The translations under genes were made by a program, and so were the position numbers. The notes beneath the pieces are model-generated. The model was not told the origin of the DNA and searched no databases. It saw only the letters and a list, made by a program, of their open reading frames with translations. DNA of 64,000 bases from Tubulanus polymorphus (Eukaryota > Animalia > Nemertea). The stretch is taken from the NCBI RefSeq assembly GCF_964204645.1, contig NC_134030.1, forward strand, positions 14,074,110 through 14,138,109. Direction: 5' to 3'. This document shows, piece after piece, positions 15,001 through 24,200 of the stretch. Position 1 is the first letter of the stretch. Every line of letters starts with the position of its first letter.

Positions 15001-15701
15001 CGAAAAAATGAAAATGCCGATACGCAAAAGCGCTCAAATCGACGGAAAAAGCACATTTCGACCCGAAAACGTCGTTCAGCGCGAGAAAAGACGTTTTCTC
15101 ATCAGATCTTCTCCGTATCGAAAAAATGAAAATGTCGACACGCAAAAGCGCTCCAATCGACTGGAAAATCACATTTCGACCCGTAAACGCCGTTTAGCGC
15201 TAGAAAAGACGTTTTCTCATCAAGTTCTCCCCGTATCGAAAAAATGAAATTGTCGATGCGCAAAAGCGCTCAAATCGACGGAAAAAGCACATTTCGACCC
15301 GAAAACGTCGTTCAGCGCGAAAAAAGACGTTTTCTCATCAAGTTTTCCCCGTATCGAAAAATGAAAATGTCGATACGCAAAAGCACTCAAATCGACGGGA
15401 AAAGCACATTTCGATACATTTCGACCCGAAAACGTCGTTCAGCGCGAGAAAAGACGTTTTCTCATTGAGTTTTCCCCGTATCGAAAAAATGAAAATGTCG
15501 ATGCGCAAAAGCGCTCAAATCGAGGGGAGAAGCATATTTCGACCCAAAAACGTCGTTCAGCGCGAGAAAAGACGTTTTCTCATCAAGTTTGCCACGTATC
15601 GAAAAAATGAAAATTTCGAAGCGCAAAAGCGCTCAAATCGACGGGAAAAGCACATTTCGACACATTTCGACCCAAAAACGTCGTTCAGCGCGAGAAAAGA
15701 C
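1..15701. repeat. Tandem satellite DNA array, 118-bp monomer with a 128-bp variant (10-bp ACATTTCGAY duplication); roughly 130 monomers; runs off the left edge of the window
   Basis: The unit CGTCGTTCAGCGCGAGAAAAGACGTTTTCTCATC...CGTATCGAAAAAATGAAAATGTCGA...CAAAAGCGCTCAAATCGACGGGAAAAGCACATTTCGACCCGAAAA repeats continuously and stops abruptly at ...GAGAAAAGAC (15701). Confidence 0.99.
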
Positions 15702-16310
15702 AATAATTCCTGGTAAAGCTGCAGCAGATTTTTTAGATAGTTCCCATAAATATTTTGCTAATTTCTTTAAACCATCTTTAATTTTATCTTGTATAGAATC
15801 ATTCGGGGGTTTATCCGGTTTATTGGGAGTAGGAGTAGATTTCAAAGAATTTGATATTGCTAAACCAATTGTTGTAAATAACATAGTTACAGCTGTTAGA
15901 ATTGAAAGAATTGTTATTCCTTCTAATTTAAATAATAACTTTATTCTATCTTTCAATGATATTTCAGAATTTGGTTTAATCAACAAATCTTTAAAAATAA
16001 CTTTTGAAAATGCTAAAGGTCCAACGTCTTCATCATTTATGTTAAGTTTGGAATTTTCAATTATACGTTCTAATTTAGGTATTTTGTTTAAATTATCTAA
16101 ATCTTTTTTTACTAAATCTGGGTCTAAATTTTCAGGATTTAATTGTGATTCTGCATTTTTAATATAATCAGGCATATTTAAATTATTATTATATTCTGGC
16201 TCATTACCGTCATTAAAACTTGTTTCACTAAAATCAGGCGGTTGTTCTTCAGTTATGCCAGGTTCATCTAAAGGATCCATTCCAATTTCTTCTCCACCTT
16301 CTACATCCAT
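15702..16310 (-). pseudogene. Viral predicted membrane protein, C-terminus truncated by the satellite
   Basis: Acidic N-terminus, hydrophobic segment EGITILSILTAVTMLFTTIGLAI, Pro-rich linker, amphipathic helix ending ALPGII at the junction. The rest of the ORF-track translation (to 15633) is satellite read-through. Confidence 0.7.
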
Positions 16311-16329
16311 TTATATAATAAAAAAATTA
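16308..16329 (-). promoter_or_regulatory. Shared viral promoter-like cassette TAA-T7-ATTATA-TAAATG
   Basis: Read on the minus strand; one of 8 copies. Confidence 0.75.
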
Positions 16330-17648
16330 AAATTTAAAATATAATATTCCTCCTATAACAATTCCTATACAAGTTAAAGCTAATTTAGTATTAAAATGGA
16401 ATTTATTATCATTATCAGTTTTAATTATATCATGTTGAATATTATCAGTTTTAATATTTTCTGATGAATTATGATCCGGTTTAGAATCACTATTTAATTT
16501 AATATTCTTAGTTTAGTTTCTGTTGATTGAATATGTTTTTTATTTTTTTCACCTTCCATTAATTTTGGAGCAGTAATAATCTTTTTATTTATATCATTTA
16601 ATCCAAATGAATTATTTATTGTTGCAGTTTTAATTAGATTATTGTAACCAATGATGTTTCCCATCTTTAATACTAAATCATTAGAAATAATTAATAGATT
16701 AGGGCCTATACAATAATTTAATCTAATATGTGATTTATCTAAATAATTTTGATATCTTACAATGTTTTCTGGAATCGATCTATTTTTATCATCATGAATA
16801 GAATCTTCAAATAATACTTTGAATTGTTTCTGTGCATCGAATGAAGTGTTATCATTTCCAATTATTGGGGATCTTGTTTCAACTTGTGCACCTAGAATAC
16901 ATATCAAATAAGTTCTAATTGATTGATTTATTCTTTGTATTCCAGCTTTAGTAAAACCTTCACCATTTTCTAAAATGAAATTAACCCAACCATTATGGTT
17001 TTGTTGTTGTATATTATTATAACATTTTGGTAATTCATTCCAATTTAGTGTTCTTATATCTGAATTTGTCATTATTTTTCCAAATTCTTTAGTATATAAT
17101 ATTCCGAATCCACCCATTGTTCCAATTTTTGCTCTAAAATCTTTATTTGAATTAATATTAAATTCATTACATATTTTATAAAACTTAGAAAAATTAATAT
17201 TATTATTTAGTTCTTTAAAATATTTTGAACCTGGTAAAGGACATTCTAATTCATCTAATATTAATTTTATTTGAAAATATGTATGAAATCTAAAAAGTGA
17301 TAACATCAATGGTAAACTTGGTTTGTTTAAATGATCATTCCAACTAATTCCGCATCCTGTTCTTGCGCAATAAACAGCAAAATTTAATTGGTTCTGCCAA
17401 TACTTCATATTAGATTTTAATAACCATTGTTTTGCCTCATTTAAATTTTTGAAATTAATTGTATACACATGAAATATATTTTCCATCTTTACATGAAAAT
17501 TATTACTTTCAGTAACATAAATATATAAATCAATTAATGAATTTAAAACTTCATTTCTATATGTAATATCTTTATTAAAATCTATTGCTGGAATATTATA
17601 TTTAATTGATTTATTATATTGGAAAGCTTTTGGAAAACTATCTACCAT
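16327..17648 (-). pseudogene. Viral ~440-aa protein with C-terminal membrane anchor (frameshift near 16510)
   Basis: 384-aa ORF (WQNQLNFAVYCARTGCG motif) continues in another frame as ...KFHFNTKLALTCIGIVIGGILYFKF*, with its stop at 16327-16329 inside the shared intergenic motif. Confidence 0.7.
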
Positions 17649-17667
17649 TTATATAACAAAAAAATTA
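17646..17667 (-). promoter_or_regulatory. Shared viral promoter-like cassette TAA-T7-GTTATA-TAAATG
   Basis: Read on the minus strand; one of 8 copies. Confidence 0.75.
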
Positions 17668-18099
17668 ATAATTTATTAATTCTTTTAATAATTTATCTTG
17701 TTCTTCAACTGTTATATGACCATTTAAACTTATTAGTGTATCTAATGTATTCTTTAATTTATTAATTTCTTTTATATTAGTTTTAATTTTTTCTTTATTA
17801 CTTTTTATATTCAATTTTGAACTTATACCAGTTAAAACACTTGAACTTAATCCTAATACACCAATTGATATAGCTAAAGGTGTTAATGGTGAGAATATTG
17901 CAAGAAATGTTATTACAGAACTAATTGTAACTGAACCACTAATAATAAGATAATATATAATTTTACTTTTTAAATATTTTTTCTTTTTAACTTTTAAATC
18001 ATTTTCAAATTCTAATATTTGTTTTTCTAAATATATTTTTAATTTAGTTTTATTTATATCATGAGGAATAATATCAATACTATCAACTTTATCTTCCAT
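17665..18099 (-). CDS. Viral 144-aa protein: coiled coil, two hydrophobic helices, coiled coil
   Basis: Intact ORF with hydrophobic stretches IIYYLIISGSVTISSVITFLAIF and LAISIGVLGLSSSVLTGI; flanked by the shared motif. Confidence 0.75.
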   Translation of the reverse strand: MEDKVDSIDIIPHDINKTKLKIYLEKQILEFENDLKVKKKKYLKSKIIYYLIISGSVTISSVITFLAIFSPLTPLAISIGVLGLSSSVLTGISSKLNIKSNKEKIKTNIKEINKLKNTLDTLISLNGHITVEEQDKLLKELINY

Positions 18100-18118
18100 T
18101 TTTTTAGAAAAAAAATTA
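18097..18118 (-). promoter_or_regulatory. Shared viral promoter-like cassette, variant TAA-T8-CTAAAAAAATG
   Basis: Same 22-nt spacing, with AAAATG in place of TAAATG. Confidence 0.6.
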
Positions 18119-18540
18119 CTAATTAGTAAAGTTATATGCTACAAATATAACAATAAATGTTCCGCCTAAAATCCAAATTATTTCATATTTCTGCTGTTCC
18201 TTACTTGGGGTATAATAATCTGATATTGTAGGTTTATGTAGATGTAATTTTTCTTTATTGGTTACCGCGTTATATAAACTCATTGCATCATCGACTGATT
18301 GAAAATCTCTATGTGAAATCTTCTGATCATATAATTCCTTGTTATGTAATCCATATAGTTTTGTCTCTTTTCTCTATATTCTTCCGCTGCTTTATTGTAT
18401 TTCTCTAAAGCTATGTTATGTCTTTTTTGTTCTTCTAATGAACTATTTTTATCTATATGCCTAAATAAATAACTACCGCCAGTAAATGCTAAAGCGTTAG
18501 CAATTGCCGATCCTATAATAGTTATAACTGCAGAAGCCAT
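18119..18540 (-). pseudogene. Viral protein with N-terminal hydrophobic helix, coiled coil and C-terminal hydrophobic tail (frameshifted)
   Basis: MASAVITIIGSAIANALAFTGGSYLF...EEQKRHNIALEK; downstream frames give SDYYTPSKEQQKYE and WILGGTFIVIFVAYNFTN*. Confidence 0.65.
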
Positions 18541-18559
18541 TTATTTAGCAAAAAAATTA
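18538..18559 (-). promoter_or_regulatory. Shared viral promoter-like cassette TAA-T7-GCTAAA-TAAATG
   Basis: The TAA here is not the upstream stop codon, which is at 18565. Confidence 0.75.
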
Positions 18560-18564
18560 TGCAT

Positions 18565-18786
18565 TTATATGGGAGGAATATATTTTTGTTTTTCCAAATA
18601 ATCAATAGTTAAATTAGATAAAGTAACTGCTAATGTTAATTTTAAAATATAATTTATATCAAATCTATCAACATTAACACTTCCCATTTTAAATACTTTT
18701 TTTAATACCATTGAATAACCACCAGTTCCAACTGATAGTAATGCTCCATTATATATTCCAGTTATTATCCACTTATTATCACTCAT
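18565..18786 (-). CDS. Viral small hydrophobic protein (73 aa)
   Basis: Intact ORF preceded by the shared motif; two moderately hydrophobic segments. Confidence 0.65.
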   Translation of the reverse strand: MSDNKWIITGIYNGALLSVGTGGYSMVLKKVFKMGSVNVDRFDINYILKLTLAVTLSNLTIDYLEKQKYIPPI

Positions 18787-18805
18787 TTATTTATCAAAAA
18801 AATTA
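18784..18805 (-). promoter_or_regulatory. Shared viral promoter-like cassette TAA-T7-GATAAA-TAAATG
   Basis: Embedded in the last codons of the upstream ORF. Confidence 0.75.
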
Positions 18806-19128
18806 CTATCATCAAAATATTTAGTTATCTTAGTGATGATTAATTCAACATTTATTTCATTACTACTTTTATGATTATCATATATTTTGGATAATATGTT
18901 TTTAATATCATCGATAATTCCACCTTTATTTAATTCATAATATTCTAAAGACGTTTTGATTAAATCAATTACTTTTTCTATATTATAATTTTCTTTATTA
19001 ATCATTGATGCATTGTTAAATGATTTACTTTTTATATCAGTAATTACATCATTTAGTTTAATTCTCATTTCTTTACCATGTTTAAAATCAAACTCAAAAC
19101 ATATACTCGGTCCAACAGTTATATTCAT
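18787..19128 (-). CDS. Viral hypothetical protein (113 aa)
   Basis: Intact ORF with TAAATG start inside the shared motif; abuts the next gene. Confidence 0.6.
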   Translation of the reverse strand: MNITVGPSICFEFDFKHGKEMRIKLNDVITDIKSKSFNNASMINKENYNIEKVIDLIKTSLEYYELNKGGIIDDIKNILSKIYDNHKSSNEINVELIITKITKYFDDSNFFDK

Positions 19129-19148
19129 TTATATAGTGAAAAAAATTA
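19126..19148 (-). promoter_or_regulatory. Shared viral promoter-like cassette TAA-T7-CACTATA-TAAATG
   Basis: Read on the minus strand; one of 8 copies. Confidence 0.75.
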
Positions 19149-19904
19149 CTCTCTACATCTTATAACTAATTCATAAATTACAGGGAAATTATTTAAATCA
19201 ATTAAGTATCCATTATGATTTCTAATTTCTAACCTAAAATTATTAAAACGAGGAATGCATGGTTTGAAATCACATTCTGTTAAATTATAATTTATTTGCG
19301 TTCCAAATTCTTTAACATTCTTCAATGGTAAAATGTTTAATAAACCAGAATTACAAGTTATATCTTTAGTTGCTTCGAATGTTTTTGTAGGATTGATTAA
19401 ATTGCAATAAATATAAAAATGCGTGTAAGGTATTAAGTTTGGTGTAGCATCAACATTTGAATAAAGTTTATCTGGTGTAATTCCTAATAGTTTAGCAATA
19501 GGTTTTTTAACTAAAAATTGATATTTTTCTTGATTAGTTAACCTTATCTTAATTTTATCAGAACTATCACTTTTTAAAAATCTAATACTAAACCCGGAAT
19601 TAGTACCTAATTTGTGCCAGGCTTTTCTATTAATTTCTTGAGATAATGTATCTAAATTATATAACCCTGGTTTTAGAAATAGAGGATACCATTTATTTTT
19701 ATTTTTGTTAATAACTGCAAAACCACTATGATCAATAGTTTTATCCGTTATATTATAAAAAGAATTACATAAACTCAAATTAACTAATTTTAAATCAACA
19801 CAATTCTTAAATTATCTATCTAATTGTACTTGTAAATTATGTGATTTATAATTTGTAAGTCTTCTTGAATCAACAAATATTCTGTATTCTTTTAATTCTA
19901 CCAT
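19146..19904 (-). pseudogene. Penton-like minor capsid protein (single jelly-roll), one in-frame TAA at 19812-19814
   Basis: The likely start is ATG 19904: MVELKEYRIFVDSRR...QLDR*FKNCVDLKLVNLSLCNSFYNIT...HFYIYCNLI...GLLNILPL...LEIRNHNGYLIDLNNFPVIYELVI. This pattern fits Polinton/NCLDV minor capsid proteins. Confidence 0.75.
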
Positions 19905-19926
19905 TATTTATAACATAAAAAAATTA
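19902..19926 (-). promoter_or_regulatory. Shared viral promoter-like cassette TAA-T7-ATGTTA-TAAAT-AATG (penton gene)
   Basis: There is no upstream co-oriented gene, so the motif is not merely a stop or terminator. Confidence 0.7.
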
Positions 19927-19972
19927 CCGCTCATCACTAAAAATTAATTTTAATAAAATTGTTCCTTAATAA

Positions 19973-21285
19973 ATGGATGAGAAGATAGCATGTGAAATTT
20001 GTGGTGAACTTCTAAGAAAAAGTAATATGGCTCGACATATGAAAAAACATGATGAAAATTATAAACCCCCTAAACAAAACTGTCCAAAATGTAATAAATT
20101 ATTCTCAAGAAATTATGTTAAAAAACATTCAGAGAAGTGTAAAATTAATGGTGCAACGGCTAATGTTGATAGTAATGAAAGTAATAGTAATTCTGTTGAA
20201 GTTGAACCTGAAATTATTTGGAAAAGACCTTTCTTATTCTATGATAAGGATGATATAAAAGATCATTTCTGCGAGCCTTGTCGAATAAAATATAGCCCTG
20301 AAAATATAGAAGATTGGGAGAATCATCAATTTCGTAAAGCACATATAGATAAAATTTCTAATAAATTTGAAACTGAATTCAATGAAAGAAAAAATAATTT
20401 ATTAGAAAAAATAAAATATGAGAAAACGTTACCAGATAATTAAGAAACAGTTGAAAAGTTAGAAAAACAATATAATGAATTAACAAGAAAAACATATTAT
20501 TGTAAATATTGTAAATTGATTATTACAACAAGTAATTCAAATCTACATAATAGAACAATAAAACATAAAGAAAACGTAAGAAAAAACCAAGAGCTTAATG
20601 AAAATCTATTACCAAGAAATTATAAACAAAAATGCCCACAATGTAATTACGCGACCTTAAGACAAGAAGGTACTGTGTTATTTTGTGTTGATTGTGGATG
20701 GCAAAAGAATTTATGGGGTGAAGAAAAAACTAGAAATTTTCTCAAAATTAATCCAAAATTAAATTATCTAGATGAAATTTTTAAAATATTTTCTATAGAA
20801 GATCATACACCAGAATATATGCAATGGCTTGAAAAAATGAAAATAATAGAAAATAAAAATGGTGAAATAACTAAAAAAGATATTATAAAAACAATTATTC
20901 CGTCAACATTTAACACAAAACAAAAGAAAATGTATTTATATTTATTATTTAACGATTATTATGAAAAACCTAAATTAACAGAAGAAGATATGGAAAATAT
21001 AAAAAAAATATTTAAACAAATATTAATGTATCATTTGGAAAATAGAATAACAGATTCATTAAATTATGAATTCTTTTTAATTTAAACATCGATATTATAA
21101 TTCCATTTGATGAATTAACGAACAAAAAGAAACAAAGAGAGCGAGATGAAATGTGGAATAATATAACACGTAATTTAAATGAGAAAAATGAAATGGAAGA
21201 ACCTAAACAAATTATACAAGAACAATTAAATGAAAAAGAAGAAACCAATAGTGATTTCGAGTTTGATGATATTGATACATTTTAA
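19973..21285 (+). pseudogene. Viral multi-zinc-finger protein broken by two frameshifts (near 20440 and 21080)
   Basis: CEIC..RHMKKH, CPKC..KKHSEKC, CEPC..HQFRKAH, YYCKYC..HNRTIKH, CPQC..FCVDCGW; acidic tail ...DFEFDDIDTF*; TAAATG start. Confidence 0.7.
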
Positions 21286-24200
21286 TAACCATAAGGTAAT
21301 GTTTTTATACCATCATCTGAAATATGTCTTTTATCATCAAATGGATTTAAACTAGTTTTTTCAACTTCATTAATGTACATCTCGTGATCTTCTGATCTTA
21401 AACAATTCATTTTATTTTTCATTACAATTGAGTTATATAAACACTTTATATAATCTTGAAATTCTATATGTTTATCAACATTCTTCAAATTCTTCATTAT
21501 ATTTTATAGCAAAATCTTTAGGATTATTCACATGTATTCTATAACATTGCGATGATTTCATAACATCTATGATTTTGAATGTTTTATGTGAATAAACTTC
21601 TTCACAGAATTTCTTTATTCTTTCTAATAATTTCAAATCTTGATTGCATAAATACCAGCAATATTGAGTGCGATTAACATAATTATACACACCTGCTGAA
21701 CCATCTCCCATGAAAAATCCTTTGATAAAATATTCTTTTTCTTCTAATGTTTCGGGTTCTATATTATAAATATTATCAATAATTTCATCAAATGACATAT
21801 GATTCATTCTTTGGAAAAATCTTTTATGTAATAATTCATCTCCAATTTTTATATCAGTTGGTTTTATTTCATCACCATTTCGTTTAATTAAATTATGATC
21901 TTCTGTAACATCTACAAACCCTAATTTAGTTCTAACTCTATAGATTTTCTTATTTGTTTTATGCCTAATAATATTCTTTAATTTTTTCCATCCATTTCTT
22001 GTTCAAACATCCATTAATCCATTTATTTGTATTAATTCTTTTTCACCATATGAAATATAACATTCATTTTGTTTTGGAATTATTTCTGAAATTCTTCTTA
22101 TCAATATTTTATCATTACATTTTAATAATATTGGGGTGTCAGCTGTTACAGAATCAAAATATAATATTTCAATATGCTTTTCCCCAAAAAGTGGTTGTAA
22201 AACATTATAATAAAAATCATACATTAATAATTTTGATACTTCTAAAACAGTTGAACCAATGAATATAGGTTTATTAAATTTCATTGACGTTCTTTTTAAT
22301 TTTCCCGCGGTTAAATAATCTTCAAATCTTTTATTTCCTAAATGTCTAGGACTTGATTGTAAATGTCTTAATCTTTCAGAATTATTTACTAATTCAATAT
22401 CATTTCTATTTCTAATATTTTCACATGTTTTTCCATAAAAACTATTGTTCATTAATTTGAAGAAATCTTTTTCAAAATCTGTTTTTGATATGGTTCTCTG
22501 TTGAGTATTGAAATCTATATATTTTTCTAACCACTTCGATTGATTAAATTCAATATATCTATGTACTTTCTTTAATTTCATTCCTTGTTTTACATAAAAT
22601 TTTACCATTCTATAATGAACGATATAAGTGTATTTATTATTTTGACTAAGTATTAATTTTTCTGTAAAAACATGATCTTTCGGTTTTATTTTCTTCTGGT
22701 ATTCACTTAAATAACTATCATCTACAGTTAAATGTTCTGGGCAATAAGGAAAGTTTCTTGTTTTAAACTTTATATTTTCAGGATATTCTAAATCAACTAC
22801 AAAGAAATAACCAATTGGTGCTTCATCTTCTAAACTCATAATTGCGCTTTCCCAATTAGTTTTATCATCATTTTCAACTTCTGTTAATATAAAATTTTTA
22901 TATGGTTGAGGTTGCATCATTGCCCAACCATATAAACTTTTGGCGTCAATATATAATAATTTATATTCATCATTTGCTTTAAAATACCTCCCATAACACC
23001 ACTAATTCCACCTCTAATTTATTTTTCAAATAATAAAACCATATCTGGTTCTTTTAATAAATCTAATTCTACATTTGTATATTTTAAACCACATTGCCAG
23101 GTTAAACCAGGACTAGAGTAGCAATAACAAGGATCAACATTAAAATGATTCAAATTAACTTCTCTAAATTTTTCAAATATGTCAGCCAATTTCATAACAT
23201 CTGATTTTTAAATATAATTCAACTAATTCACCATGATTTTTCATCTTAAAATGGTTCCAAATATTTAATGTTCTATTAAACACTTCGTCTTTCACATACT
23301 CCTCTTTTAATTGATCATAAAATTGATCTTTTAATAATTCTGTTACATTAAAATCATTGTGTGTTTTATAAAATGAATAAGGAATTGCGCCTTTATATCT
23401 CAATAATTTAGAATCTTGGTCATTTGGATAATAATATCGAGTTATAACGAAATCATTATCAACTAAACTTTTTGATAAATTATCTAATGAACTTGCTAGA
23501 AATCTATAAGAGTCTAAAAATCTAATGCAACCAAATTGAAATGAAATATAATTTTCAGATGTTTAAGCTAATAGTTTAAAATCATATTTTCTTACATTTA
23601 CACCATTCATAGCATTATATTCTTCTATTTCTTGATTAATTGAACCCAATTTTCCTGATAATTGTTTTATAAATAGATGGGTATCATAGCCTGATAAATT
23701 ATGAAATAAAATTGGTACGAAATTAACTTTCTTAGCTTGTAAATTGCAATCTTCATGAGCAGCTCCACGATATTTTGAATTTAAATGATTATGATCTCTA
23801 ACTTTTTTATCAAATGAATAAAAATGTTTTTCACAATAACAACAATGAGTTGCATAATTAAAATCAATTTCATCTTCTTTTGTCATAACTATTCTTTTAT
23901 TTTTGTTTAATAATTTTGCAAAATCACTTTCTAATTCAATCATTTTGTTACAAAAATCATCAACTACATCTTCACCTCTAAAAGAAATATATTGACTTTC
24001 ATATAATTCAGGATAATTTGATTTCATATAAATTCCATAAGCTGCAGCTCTTTGATGAACTTTTTTAATTGTATTTATAATTGGTGGATCCTGTGTTGTG
24101 TCTTCATTTAATTCATTTCCTTTATCCATTGATTTTAATAATTGCTTTTTGTTATATATTTCTTTTCTATCTTGATCAGTTAATTCTTTATTCAACGATT

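Noticed and set aside
1-15701. CRISPR array or CENP-B boxes in the tandem repeat
   Set aside because: There are no unique spacers, and I found no match to the CENP-B core TTCGnnnnAnnCGGG in the monomer.
262-15716. Roughly 100 short Lys/Arg-rich ORFs on both strands
   Set aside because: They are translations of the satellite monomer; frames shift with monomer length and there is no gene structure.
15589-16167. 192-aa plus-strand ORF across the junction
   Set aside because: Antisense shadow of the viral gene fused to satellite sequence.
19955-19962. AAAATTGT as a mimivirus early promoter (AAAATTGA)
   Set aside because: One mismatch, a single occurrence, very close to the ATG, and expected by chance in AT-rich DNA.
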